A DNA stretch of 64,000 nt from Carcharhinus amblyrhynchos (taxonomy: Eukaryota), in assembly GCA_965287045.1 (NCBI GenBank), contig OZ336877.1, forward strand, positions 70,060,001 to 70,124,000. The letters run 5' to 3'. Made by a program: the position numbers and the translations under genes. The notes under the pieces are model-generated. The model saw only the letters and a list, made by a program, of their open reading frames with translations, did no database searches and was not told the DNA's origin. Below are positions 12,031-25,774 of the stretch, in pieces (the first letter of the stretch is position 1; every line of letters begins with the position of its first letter).

Positions 12031-15000
12031 GGCACTCAATCAGCTATATATTTCCAAGAAAGCCCTAGACATTGCTAGGCAAAATTTTATCAGTTCTCTG
12101 CCTCATTTTAAAAATGGTGTTCCCAATGGAAACTATTTTGAGAACTGACCTGTGAACTTAAGGATCTAGCGTCCACAACTGAAAGAAACAAATAACTATA
12201 TTTTGATGCTGGAATTGTTTAACTTACAAACACATTTTTCTATACTGCATTGTATTTATATATTGTTAAGTTCTTCAGAGATACAGTCTTTAATCATATC
12301 ATGACAATCAATATTCATAAGGATCTAAACAGTCTATCAGTACACATCAATTAGTTTTTAAGGAAGATGAGAACAACCTAAGCTAGTAAAATAATGCATG
12401 GAAATAATACCACTAATAGGAAAATATTCTCAGTCAAACAATATGCTTAATGGTTTTTTTTTAGGGATATTTTGTTGATGGCTGAAGCAACCAACAAGGC
12501 AGGGAAAATAACGTTCCTGATTTCAAATCTGAAAGTTACAATGTGAACTTCACATGGGAAATCAACTGTGACAAGAACGCAGTGTCAACCCGAATATATT
12601 TGTTGCAAAACCAATTGTATGTACTATACTAAAAGAAAGGTGAACTTTCTTTAATTTGAATTTAGAACTGATCACAATATGGGAAATCTATGAATATGAC
12701 AAGTCATCTGCTCCAAGCTTTAGATATGGTCTACTCACAGTAAATCATTAGTTTGATGAAAAGGGGTATTTTTAATGAAACATTATAATAGATAATTAGC
12801 AATGCAGTAGCTTAATATTTTTGGATTGTGTAGGCAGCTATTGATAAAAAAGTGTGTTTAGGTAGATCTGGAAAACATTGAGAATTGTGGTAGTTTTGAC
12901 ATCAGATTGATAGTTCCACTGAAGGGAATTGACAACATTTCAAGTGAGCTCATTGAATATTAAAATATTCCTGTACATGGTTGGCTGTTAAGTGCGTAAG
13001 AGACATTGAAGAAAATCACAGATGCACAGCTTGAGATGCTTCATCCTTTTATATTAAAGAATCATTAGCTGCCACCCTCACTTCCCGGATGCACTCACAC
13101 TGCATACAATTCCCATTAAAAGCATGGATTTCAGATTTGGCCCTATTTCCATTCTATTTACATTTTTTTCCCTTATTTTGTGCAAGTGACAACTTTTGAT
13201 GGGGTAGAGCTCCACAGATGCCGACACTTGTCGGGCAGTTTGCTTGCTTGGCCATTCCTCATGCCAGATCCTAGGCAATGGGTTTCAGGAGGCCATTGTG
13301 GTAGAGCCCAATTCTGCTGACACCCGACATTTGTTCCCGTAGGATCCACTGGATAAGTTACTTCTGTTTCCTAACCCCTTGATATTGAGATCATTCATAG
13401 CATCCTTGTTGCAGCATCATCTGAGGTCAGCTAAACAGGCACTGGCAGGGGAAATCAAAGCTAGGGTTTTCTGATCTATTTTGTTCTGTACCTGGCAATG
13501 CTTACATCCACCAAACAATGGGGGGAACTTATGCACTGTGTTAATGATTGACGCTGCTCAACTCTAAACTGTGTGGTGACAACTGAAAAGAGGAATAACG
13601 CTCACAGTTAAAGCTGAAGAAGAGAGTTATTTTATTGCATGCATTCGCAACTCTCCAGGCTGTCTATAAACTTCAAAGAAAGGCTCTTTGTTTTTCTAGT
13701 TATTTTGAGCTGTTGAAATCATATTGCAATGTACACGTGGGGAATTGCAGACCACTTTGAACATATCAATTAATAGAGACTAATGGATTGGTCTTGCTAA
13801 AGTCAGCCTACTGAGCAGAATGATTTAATTTTCAGTGAGACAGTCTAATAAATAACCTTCAAAAGTGATGTTTCAGTAATGTTTAGGCTACAGTACCATT
13901 TTTCAGTATCAAATTGTCAATCATTGCCTAATAAATATGCAGTGATTATATGAGAACTGTTAATACTTCTGTGTGTGCCATCAACACATTAACTTGGTAC
14001 ATACCAATTATGACAGTTGCTGTCACAAAGCCAACAGACCCAAACTGACTAAAATGACCACATGAACTTCACTGAATATACAATGAACTTGCATTGGCTA
14101 CCTGGAATTGATAGACTTCAGACTGCTGTGATTGCCAATTGAGATTTTTATTCAGTCTGTGACAATTATCCAAAACCATTCAACGAGACCATCACATTGG
14201 TGGGTGCACTAGGATAGTTGCTGGGACGCCACTCAAAGCTAATTCCCTTTTCCTTTCCCTCCTGCAACGGGAAGTTGTATAATTGTATTCAACACATCTG
14301 GTGTGGTATGGGATCAGAATCAATTGATCTTGACAGCTGCCATATTGTCATAGACAGGTTCACTAGGTCAACTGAAAATTGAGATTGATAGATTTCTGTT
14401 AGGCAAGGATACGAAGTGATCCGGAACGGAGACAGATAAATCGAGGCGAGATCCAAATAACCGTAATCTGATGGAAAATTTGAATAGAACTCAGTTGTTA
14501 AACAGTTACTTCTGTTGATGTGTCTCTAGCCTGTCTGGAATTCATGCGGCTCCAACCCTATGCAATCAGAAAGATAGTCGCTAGCAAGGAGAAGCAGGTC
14601 TGGGTGCTTGCAGTAAGTTAGTTTCCTTGAAACTGACATCAGGCTAAATCCCAATACCATCCATTATCTTCTGGGGGGTAGGAATGTAAACAAGTGGGGA
14701 ACTCTCTTGGGTCTGCTAGGTAAGTATTTAAAGTCATTTTAAAAATCCAATTAAAAACGGTTTGACCCTCATCTCTGTATTTTATAACTGGGGAATGTGT
14801 TTCTCAACCTGTCAACAATTCATCATAGACACTGAGGTGAACAAAAGGCAGGAAAGCCCTTTTCCGTGAAACTGACAAGCTGGGATGTCTTTATGTTTAA
14901 TCTGAAGCCAACCATGGCTAGGCATGAGGCTGCTCTTCAAGCTACTTTTTCACTCAAGAACCCTATCATTGATTGCCAACTTGGAAGGTGTTGGACTGCT

Positions 15001-15434
15001 TCCCAGTTCTACCTTGCTTTGTAACTTTAAACACAAGCATCAGTTGTAATAGATGTAGAATGAGGTGTTTGCCTTTAATGAACTCACATTACACAATCCA
15101 ACTAAAAGCATTCAGTGATCTCTTACAATATAATTCTATATGATAATATGATTCTATATTATTGAGTTGGTGAATATTAAAAGAACCCAGCTAGCATGCT
15201 TCACAATTCCTGCCTGACTACAGCAAGCCATGCTTTATGCAAAACACTCAAACCAATTCTAACTTTTGATCTTTACATTTCATGTATACTAACAATACAT
15301 CAAAAGATGTACAGTGCAGATTTCAGAATACAACATGGAGACAAAATGGTATACTAATACCCTCAGTCTTTCCCAGTGTTTCTGTTAACCTGATTATTTG
15401 GTCCAGTTAAGTTCTTCAAATCATTTTATTCTTA

Positions 15435-15788
15435 TAATCATGGAGTCCTGACAGTGCAGAAGGATGCCATTCAGCTCATCGAATCTGCACTGACTCTCTG
15501 ACAGAATATCTTAGCTAGGCCCTCTCCCCTGCCCTGTCACCAGAACCCCAGGTAATTACCTACACTAATCCCCCTAACCCACACATCTTTGGACACTAAG
15601 GGGGAATTTAACATGGCCAATGCATCTAACGTGCACATCATTGAACTGTGGGAGGAAACCAGATCACTTGTGGAAATCTGTGCAGTCATGGGGTGAACTT
15701 GCAAACTACACACAGTCACCCAAGGCCCAAATTGAACCTGGATGTCCAGCGGTGGGAGGCAGCAGTGTTAACAACTGTGCCACCCATG
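15435..15788 (-). mobile_element. V-SINE (HE1-like)
   Basis: Reverse complement of the 1266-1575 family. Confidence 0.8.
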
Positions 15789-17789
15789 ATTAACAGTCAC
15801 TAAACAACATATTCCAGACCTTTCAGACGTGGACGAGTGACCTTCCAGACGTGGACGAGTGACCTTCCTTCAAATCAGCCCACTTTACAAAGCATTCCTG
15901 TTCAAGAGAACTGAAAGCTCTTTTAACTCAATGTATGCTGACCCTACAAACAACGAGATATATGGAACATGCTCACAGGAGGCAAATTGCCTGTTTAGCG
16001 CCTTACTCACCTTCAGCTGCACCACCCTGACGCCAGTCTGCACCGCAACATGGCAGCAGCTCATGTAGCTCCACCTCCCACCTCTTTCTCTTCTGCAAGA
16101 GCCAATCAGTTGCTGGAGGACTTTGCCACAAAGTCCCGAAGACCACCAGCAGGTACAGCACCAACTGCCTTCTCGTCAGCCATATGCTGTCCACAGGGCA
16201 GAGGCAATGGACATCCAAGATGTAGCTGGGAGGAGGCGAGATCCCACATCCCAGGGTCTCAAACAAGTTGCTGTTGATATATGCAGTCTCCATCAAAAAA
16301 GGTTATTTTTCCAGTGGAGAAAAAGCAAAGAGATATGAGTATCTATAGTGACTTATGAGCAGTAGGCAGAGAAACAACATTTGTGGAGGGTCACCATTAG
16401 GCATGGATACGAGAGGGCAAATGGAGTATGGATCTTGAATGAGAATTTTGGCTGCTACTCGATGGGAATATGAGGTGAGATCAATGAGTGAAGGTGCAGG
16501 GCGTGTTGTTTCGAAAGTGCGGGGCAGGAAGATGCTGGGCATGTCAGACAGAGCAGATCAAGACCAGGTCATGTTACAAAGCAGTCAGATCAATAGGAGT
16601 AAATGATTGTCCTCATTTTACCTGCTCCCAGGCCCAGAATTCGCCAAACAGGGGTTTTAAAAGTAGGACTTAAGACTTTGTAACAGCATTTTGCTAAACC
16701 CGAGACCCTGGATACATATAGAATGGGAGGCACAGTAGCAAGTACAGATTTTATGCTGCAGGCACCATTTGACAACACTGGCAGCTGTTCTCCAGTCCTG
16801 TTAATTCCTGTCACACAATTACCCCTGACATTATGCTGTCCATCAATAGCAACTTTTAGCCATTGATTGGCTGTCAAAACTTTAGAAGAACGACTCCGAA
16901 CAGTATGGGGAAATATTAATTCTCAGGAAAGGATTCAACTTCACTCAGTGGGCAGGAGTTTCTGGCCATGCTCACCCCAAGACCAGAAAGAGCCACCCAA
17001 GGTCAATGGACCTTTTCATGGTCCTGCTACAATTCCCGGGATGGGCAGAATGGGGAAAAAAACACCCAGGGAGTCTGGGTTGCTATGGCAATGTGCACTT
17101 TTACATGTCTGTTAGTCTGGAATTATAACTGCTGGCGGTGGAAACTCAAACTTTCATTCCAGAACATGATTGACCAGAAACTTCTCCCACTGTTATGACC
17201 TGCCAATGTCACGGGGAAGGATTTGCAGATTGATCATCAACCTTCTTGGCCATGTTATGACACATCTTCCTTGGCTATCAAGTCTTGGAGTGAATTTTGA
17301 ACGCTGAACTTCTCGGTCAGAGGTAAGGATGGTACCAACTACACCAGAAGACTTCCCTCTGTAGAGAGGAAGGAAGTTAGGGTGGGGGTGTTGTGGGGGA
17401 CGGGGAGGGGAGTTGGAGGTGGTGGGAGGGTAGTGGGAAGGGGGGCATTGCCAAACTCTTTGAAATGGCAAACCTGATCCCTAGCCCGTCAAAGTTACTT
17501 CATGTTTAACCAAGGTGAGTCGGGGGGGGGCGGATGTGTGCAATTAACCTGTCCTCAACAAGTGAGTAGGAATGATAAATATTTAAATGAGGCTGCACAC
17601 CTCACATTTTAAAGGTTGTGAAATTAAACAACTGGATGGATTTACCAGGATTCAAGAAACTCATCAGCTAAATTATCAGATCCACAAGGTAAGCGCTTTT
17701 CCAGAACTGCTTGTTGACTACAGCAGCATGGGTACTTTCCCATATTCCTCCAAGTTAAGATGTAATCTGCCTACCCTCCGCAACTGCCA

Positions 17790-18088
17790 TGAAAAGCTGT
17801 TCCTTCTCGAGAGTACATCCAGAACTAGAGGGCAAAATAATTGGCAAAAGGGGTAAAAGTAACACGCGATTTTATTTTTCACCCAGAGAATGGTTGGAAT
17901 CTGGAACAAACTTCCTGTAGGGTGGATGGGGGGATGGGAGGGGTAGAGGCACATTTGATTGAAGTATTAAAAATGGAATTGGATTACTTTTTGAAAAATT
18001 ATATGTAATATTATGGGGGTAAGGTGGGGGAGTGGGATTAGGTAGAAATGCTCTGTGATCCAGTCCAAACTTGATGGGCTGAACTGTC
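17790..18088 (+). repeat. Inverted copy of the CR1 3' end at 18380-18668
   Basis: Arms are reverse complements and share unusual diverged sequence. Confidence 0.8.
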
Positions 18089-18354
18089 TTTAGTAGCCCC
18101 TGGGTCTGATCTTCAGCCTCCCCTTCATAATCTTCCTCCTCGTGGGTTGGCACGTGGCAAAGAAGAAGGAGGCAGCAGGCATTCTACTATATCAGTTAGT
18201 GCTGCTCCTCTTTTTCCTCAGCAAAGGTCCAAGGTAGAGTCACAGAAGCTGCACTCATGCATTGGAGAAAGCTGGCAAGGGGGAATTTCAGGTTAAGTGA
18301 GTAAAGTTCAGGATAAATGAATTGATTTTCAAGAATCACCTGTCAGACAGTAAT

Positions 18355-19240
18355 TGCAGAATTTTTACAGTGCAGAGGGAGGCTATTCAGCCCATTAAGT
18401 TTGGACTGGATCACAGAGCATTCTACCTAGTCCCACTCCCCCACCTTACCCCCATAATATTAGATTCTTTTTCAAAAAGTAATCCAATTCCATTTTCAAT
18501 ACTTCAATCAAATGTGCTTCACCCCATCACCCCCAATCCCACAAGAAGTTTGTTCCAGATTCCAACCTCCCTCTGGGTGAAAACTAAAATCCCGTATTAT
18601 TTTTACTCCTTTTGCCAATTATTTTGCACTCTAGTTCTGCATGTACTCCCGAGAAGGAACAGTTTTTCACTATTTACCCTGCCATATCCCGCACGATCTT
18701 GAATACCTCTATCAAGTCTCCCCTCAGCCTTCTTTTCTCCAAGCAAAACAGTCCTAATCTCTCCAATCTATCCTCATAGCTACACTTCTTTATCCCTTAA
18801 TCTTTCTTGTGAATCTTCTCTGTACTCATTCCAGTGCCTTCCTCAAGTATGGTGCCCAGAACTTGATGCAGTTGACCAGGTCAAGCCTAGCTAGTGTATT
18901 ATACAAGACCATCATAACCTTCTTACTCTTGTATTCAATATCCCTGTTACTAAAGCCTAAGTTACTATATGCTTTATTAACCATTCTCTCAATCTGCCCT
19001 GCCACCTTCAATGGCTGATGTACATATACACTGAGGTCCCTCTGTTCCTGCATCTTCTTGTATTTCCATATTCTTTCTGCCAAAGTGAATCACCTTATTA
19101 CTTGTCTACTTTGAACTCCATCTGCCATTTGTCTGCCAAATTCATCAACATATCTATGTCCTTTTGAAATTTGATACCATCCTCATCACAGCTGACAACA
19201 TCCAATTTTCATATCATCTACTAATTTTTAGGTCATGTGC
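18355..19240 (-). mobile_element. Old CR1 LINE 3' fragment
   Basis: RDL.VYVH..LKVAGQI..VNKAY..LGF..R.IEYKSK..LYNTL.R..L..C..FWAPYLRK. Confidence 0.85.
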
Positions 19241-19283
19241 TGAGCACCACAGTAAGCGCACATTCTCAGAGGAATTATTCTGA

Positions 19284-19673
<390 letters not shown>

Positions 19674-21814
19674 GGAGACTCTGTGGCTGTAATTTTTGTG
19701 GTCATGTAAATTCAACAGAAATGTCTCTATTCCCCAGGGTTGGAGAAACCTGACAGCTAAAGAGAAGTCTGAACTAACAAAACTAGCAGGTCTGTGCTTT
19801 TCCAGCACTGTGGATGGGCCAGGAGGAGTAAATTGCTTTCCCATGGCACTCGAAGATAAACTGCCACAATTTGTCTCCCCCCTGCAATCAACCAGCCTCT
19901 TGTGATCCAGGCTCCAGACCCTTTGTAATCTGGAACTGTCCCACAATCACTTCCACATGACCCCTTTCCCACTCCGCCATATTTTCCCTCTTCCTTGGTG
20001 ACAGTCTCTCTGCTACAGGTTTTCCCACCCCGTCACTCAATCTGGTCAGTTGCTTGGCAGGAAAAAGTGCATAAACATTCAAACAAGGTCCTGCTGTTAA
20101 ATTTGACAGGACTTCTGCATTGGCCATAAAATCATCCCTGCAAATATTGGGGTCAATAACATTAAAGCAGCATAGCTCGAGCCATCAAACAACCTTCCTG
20201 TCACTTTGAAATTCTTAGATTTTATGTTATAACATAGCCTTCAATTAGTTTTACTCGACAATATCTATGCAAACCAGGCAGACGGGATTACATTATTATT
20301 TAACTTAATATAACGGATATTTATTAGCAAAACTGTGTAAACATAACAAATTGGCAAAGATCTTTTTATTTTTAAGGTGCAAGGCATACATTATTCTAAC
20401 AGCACTATGGACCAGAGGAGACTAATAGAAAGCAATCAGAAATGTATTAAATATTTACCAAGGCAGATTCTCAATAGGACCTCTTTTTGAAAGCTGTTAT
20501 ATAAAGCAATTTTGTGAAAAATAAATTAGGGAAATTCGGAGGCAAACTGGAAAATGGTAACAAAATGGCTTTCTTTGTGTCTGTGTTTGGAAATAATTAG
20601 GATGTGGATCATACTACAAAAGCATAATGTTGTTGTGGAACAGTTACAGGCAAAAATATCAGCTCAAATCTGACACAGTACAGCAAGCATCATTGGCATT
20701 TCAGATTTTTACGCAGTTTACTTTAACATGAGTTTAAATTGATAACCCATATTTTCTTCATGTTTGTGGTTTGATGAAATCCAAATAATGTGACATTGGT
20801 TAACATTTCAAATATACACATCCTCAAATACCAAGTTACACTTTATAACACTGGATCATTCTGTCCAATGCAGCATTTGTTATCAGCTCCAAGAAACAGT
20901 GATCAGCAACTACTGCTGGAAAAGCTTCTGGGTTCTTTACTTCAGGGAGGCATTTCTTTTCTCTTCAGGATGTAATCCCTAACCTTTCCAGCTTAAAACA
21001 CATAAGATTACAGCAATTAAAACAGCACAATGAAGAGATCACATGCTGATCAATAATTTCCCCAGCAATAAACTGATACATAAATCCCTGCCAATGGAGG
21101 GATTGATTCTCTGAGTAAATAAACTATCCACGAGGACCAATTTGATGCAACTGATATGCAGCTGAAACCAATAAGTGTGGTACCCAACTGGAAAAAAAAT
21201 CTGAATAACTAAGATAAGAAAAGCTAAAAGAGGTCATGCCCTTCAACAACGTACTGGCAAACCATTTCAAATTACATTTGAGGCTAGATTACAAATCAAA
21301 AGACAAGTGTGTTCATGGAAGATTGCTTTACTTCTATGACTAGCTGTTTATTTAGTTTGCATTAATGTCCTAGCCTGTTGCGTGCATTTTGTTTTTGCAG
21401 TTATGCATTAAAATTAGCCCCCAAAATATTGGGAATCTAAAAGCTATCATCAATCATTGAACCCAATAATAATGAGAGAATGTCAGTCAGGCTCATGCAT
21501 CCTTGTAATGCAGCTTTAATTATCTCTGTCCAAATTACACGCTGCAGCACAACATCTGTAGGCACCACAGAGTTGTGCATCATTAGCCCCAATAATTCAA
21601 ACTAAATTATTTACAATGAAAACTAGATTCCAATGTTATCTTCATTTTTCATTTGTCTTTGTTTTATCCACATTACCATTCACAATGTTAAAGCATAGCT
21701 GGTGTTATCTATAAATATCTCCCATGGTTCACTTAAATTTCTATTTTCATAACAAAGACAGACACATTACCAAACTCACCCAATTGATGTATTTTTCCTT
21801 GGTTCATCAGGGTA

Positions 21815-22580
21815 CTTTTTTATTTATTCATGGGCAGCATTAGAAAAGTTGGCATTTGTTGCTCTCCGCAATCACCCTTTGAGAGGTAGTACTGAAATTC
21901 CTTGTTAAACAACAATAGTCCATATGGTGTAGGATATTCACAATGCCATTTTTTAATTCATTCATAAGATGCGGACATTGCAGGTTGGACCAATATTTTA
22001 TTGCCCATCCCTAACCGTCCTTGAACTGAGTGACATTTTAGGGCATTTAAGAATCAACCATTTTGCTGTGGGCTGGATTCATATGCATGCCTGACCAGGT
22101 AAGGATAACAGATTTCTTTCCCTAAAGGTCATTAGTGGACCAGATAGGTTTTTACAGCAATCAATAATGGTTTCATGATCATTAGACTTTTAATTCCAGA
22201 TCTTTTTTGATTTCAAATTTCAACATCTGTTATGGTGCGATTTGAACCCGGGTCCCCGGAGTGTAACCCTGGGTTTCTGGATTACTAGTCCAGTGACAAT
22301 GCCACTGCCTCCTTATTAATTGTATAAAAAGTCTGACAACGCCAGGTTTTAGTCCAACCTATTTATTTGATAATATACTCGCATTTATTATCAAATAAAT
22401 AGGTTGGACTAAAACCTGGTGTTGTCAGACTTTTTACTGTGTTTACGCCAGTCCAACGCCGGCATACCCACATCATCCTTATTAATTGCCATTAATGAGG
22501 GATATCCAGGATTTTGATGCAGTGATAGTGAAGGGATGATGATACTGTTCCAAGTCAGAAAAGTGAGAACTTGTTGGTGG
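21815..22580 (-). mobile_element. Old CR1/L2-group LINE 3' fragments with nested Penelope-like hairpin (22325-22475)
   Basis: Same family as 36660-37610 and 49950-50950. Confidence 0.55.
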
Positions 22581-23956
22581 TTGAATTCCAATGGGAAATC
22601 ACACTGCTTTGGTTTTAATCATGATTGTAACTCTACATGTACTGGAGATTTCACAAGGCTAACTAGAGATTTTAGAAAGTTCACTGTTGAATAACAATTG
22701 TAGATAGAAGTAGATAAATACATCTATTAATGGACAAGTCATTTCTAGCTTTGTTCAGAAATCAGTATCCTTATTGCCTTAGACATTTCATGCAACGTTC
22801 TGTTGCTCGAGCAGCAAGTGGTATGATTGATGATAAGGTTGCTATAGAATGCTTTTGGATTTTTGCTTATGTGACTTGATTGATTTTGTAGAGATCTAGA
22901 CTGACTAATTTGCCTGTATCTTTCGAAACTGGCAGTATGCAAGTATTAGCAGTAATGGTCCATAAAATTCTCAGCTCAGCTCATCTGCTTTGGAAGAATC
23001 TGCAGTGTATGTAATGTGTGTATAATGAGTGTGTAGTGCATGTATGTTGTGTATACATTGTGTAATATGCATGGTGTGTGTTTTGGAGTATGCTTGAGTA
23101 TATGTAAACAACGGGGGCAATTCTCCCATCCCAAGGTGCATGTTTTTTTGACGCATTGGGATGGGAGAATTGCATGTTGCCGTTTAGCATGATTTGCGCA
23201 TGCATTCCAGAAAACAGGCACAGTCGGGGCTGCACTGGAAACCGGCAGGAAGAGAGGTAAGTGATTTAAATCTTTTTTAAATGTATGTTAGATGTAGTTT
23301 AAATGTCATTGTTGGGCCCTGCACGGAATTTGCCAGTCCCGATAGCATCTCCCACCCCGCCAGGAGTATTTCACTCCGACGGGGTTTAGAGTAGTGCCCC
23401 ACGTTTGCGGAACTATTGGGAGACCTCACCAGAGTCAAAGGGGGACAATTGGGGCCGCCCCAGGGGGTTAGGTGGCGGAGGATGGTGCCACTGGGCATGG
23501 GCACCCTGGCAGTGCCAACCTGTGCCCCTTTGTACTGCCCAAGGGGCACCTTGACATTGCCCACCAGGTATCAGGCAGTGCCAAGGGGGCAATCAGTGGG
23601 GGTGGGGATTCCTGCTACCACTCTGCTAGGGGATCAGTCTGGATTGGAGGGAGGCCAGCAATTGGGGTGAGCTGGGAGTGGCGGGGGGGGGGGGGGGGGG
23701 GGACGGTGGGAGAGTGGTCTGCCTCCTGTTGCAGGGGTGGGGGACTGCTGTGGTGGTGGAATCGCCATTGCTGGGTTGGGGTGGACTGGACAGGGGGTGC
23801 TCGGGACTGGCCCAGAAATGCTAGTGGGGACCACTATCAGGCTGTGAGGGGAGGGGCAGTGGGCGCTACAGGAGCGGCAGTGCAAGGGTCCCGGACTGGC
23901 CAGCGGTCGGACTGGCCAGAAAACGGGGAGACTGAAGCTTAGGACACTAAGCTTCA

Positions 23957-23996
23957 TTCACCTGAAGAAGAGGGAAACCCCTCGAAAGCTAGTGAG
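23957..23996 (+). ncRNA. Minimal type-I hammerhead ribozyme motif (Penelope-associated)
   Basis: Stem I TTCAC/GTGAG, core CTGAAGA, stem II GAGGG-aaac-CCCTC, GAAA, palindromic AGCT stem III, CUA cleavage triplet. Confidence 0.6.
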
Positions 23997-24099
23997 TTTA
24001 CTATCAAATAAATCAGTTGGACTAAAACCTGGTGTTGTCAGACTTTCCACTATGTATTCACAGAGTTAGGGAGCTGTCAGATTCTGGCGTGAATAGACC

Positions 24100-24242
24100 C
24101 TGCCCCCCCCCCCACCCCACCCCCAAACCCCACCCCCCCACCCCCCCCAAACCCCACCCCCAAACCCCACTCCCCCACCCCCCCCAAACCCCACCCCCCC
24201 CCACCCCCCCCCCCAAACCCCACCCCCCCCACCCCCCCCAAC
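24100..24242. repeat. C-rich tandem repeat ((C)nA(C)nAAA-like); G-quadruplex-prone on minus strand
   Basis: Seen directly. Confidence 0.9.
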
Positions 24243-24629
24243 CTTTAATGATATTCACGACTGTGACCTCTGCATTGCACAGAGTGGGGAGATTCGGGTC
24301 TGAAGTTGCACTGGAAATATAGTTAGGATTTAGACCAGTTTTCTCACCAATTCAGCACTTTCAACAGAATTGCCCCCAATTTATCTGTGTGTGCGTACAC
24401 ATGTGCATGTGTGGTGGAGGGAGATGTGGGCATGCTGGTGTGTAGGTGTGTGCTGGAGGTAGGCCTGCCAACAATTCTGAGTTAGCCACAGAGGCTGCCA
24501 AGTGCAAGGTGATTTAAAAGACCCACCTCGGTTCCTTAGTGCTCTGGGACTTTGTTCCGATTGCAGTAATAGGAAATAGGCTTTCTAGCCCTCACCCCTC
24601 ACTTTGCACATCTTTCCCATGCCCCAAAT

Positions 24630-25460
24630 GGGTGGCACGGTGGCACAGTGGTTAGCACTGCTGTCTCACAGTTCTAGAGACTCGGGTTCTAATCCGGCCT
24701 CGGGTCACTGCCTGTATGGAGTTTGCACAATTCTCCCTGTGTCTGTGTGGGCTTCCTCCAGGTGCTTTGGTTTCCTCCCACAGTCCAAAGATATGCAGGT
24801 TAGGTAGCCTGGCCATGCTAAATTGCCTTAGTGTCTCAGAATATACGGATTAGGGGGATTAGTAAAATGAATATGTGGGGTTACAAGGATAGGGCCTGAG
24901 CAAGATGCTCTGTCAGAGAGTCGGTGTAGACTCGATGGGCCAATGGAATTCAACTGCGAGGTTTGTTGACAGCCTCAAGCCACTCAGATTGCAGGAATAC
25001 CGTGAGGTAATTCCAGGTTTTTAAACCCAGATGAAAGGAAATAACTATCAGAGTAAGCTTGCTACCTTTTTAGTCGGAAGGCGGGAGAGGCGAGGCTTTC
25101 ATATAGAATCCTGCAGTAATATATATGTACCTTCAGAAAATCACCATCTAAATTGAAGGAGATAAAAGCTTAGAAAGTACTTCAAATGAGAGCATCGCCA
25201 AAGAATGTTCATACTTCCAAAAGTCACTTGGTTGTATATTCTTCGAGAGTGACTGTATTCTGTAAGGATTTATTTTCTTATTCTTGAATGGGTCTTGTAA
25301 TATTTGGACAGCACTCCATTAGGATTTTATTTAGCTTGTTAATTGTTTAATAAGGTTGTCACCAGTTTTAAAAATTAAAAATAATAATGATAAAGAGTGG
25401 CAGATCCTGCTTTAATTTACCAAATGGCCTCCTTCTGCACTGTAGGGATCTTATGATTCA
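24630..25460 (+). mobile_element. V-SINE whose tail is interrupted by a ~485-bp copy of nearby LTR sequence (24940-25424)
   Basis: Tail gactcgatgggc|...|ccaaatggcctccttctgcactgtaggg. Confidence 0.85.
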
Positions 25461-25774
25461 TACATGTGAACCAATTTCTACACCCATCTCTTCAAAATCC
25501 TTTATACCCTATAGCCATTATGCCAATGTAGTACCTATTTATGCTACATCAACACCTCCTAATCACCTCCATGGTCCCTGTGTCAACCCATGCATCCCAT
25601 ATACCACCCATGCCTCATTCATCCTCCATGCCAATTCACAAAGGGCTGACTTCAAAAGCCATACTGAGATAAAATAAAGTTTAAGAATCTATTTCAGACT
25701 TCAGTATATTTAAAAAAACAAAACATTAAAAACTCTTAAGCTCTTACAAAAACTAACAAATATCTATATTAATG

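Larger units (their letters stand above)
23113..24377. mobile_element. GC-rich Harbinger-like MITE with nested Penelope fragment (~23930-24060) and C-rich tandem repeat
   Basis: TIRs GGGGGCAATTCT / AGAATTGCCCCC; flanks AAC/AAT. Confidence 0.65.

Noticed and set aside
15817-15866. 22-bp tandem duplication (gaccttYcagacgtggacgagt)
   Set aside because: Two units with no spacers; ordinary slippage duplication, not CRISPR-like.
22971-23235. Three overlapping His/Thr-rich ORFs
   Set aside because: Products of a degenerate (TG)n tract plus a MITE end.
24630-24705. tRNA-like A/B boxes as tRNA genes
   Set aside because: They are SINE heads followed by the V-domain; no full cloverleaf.
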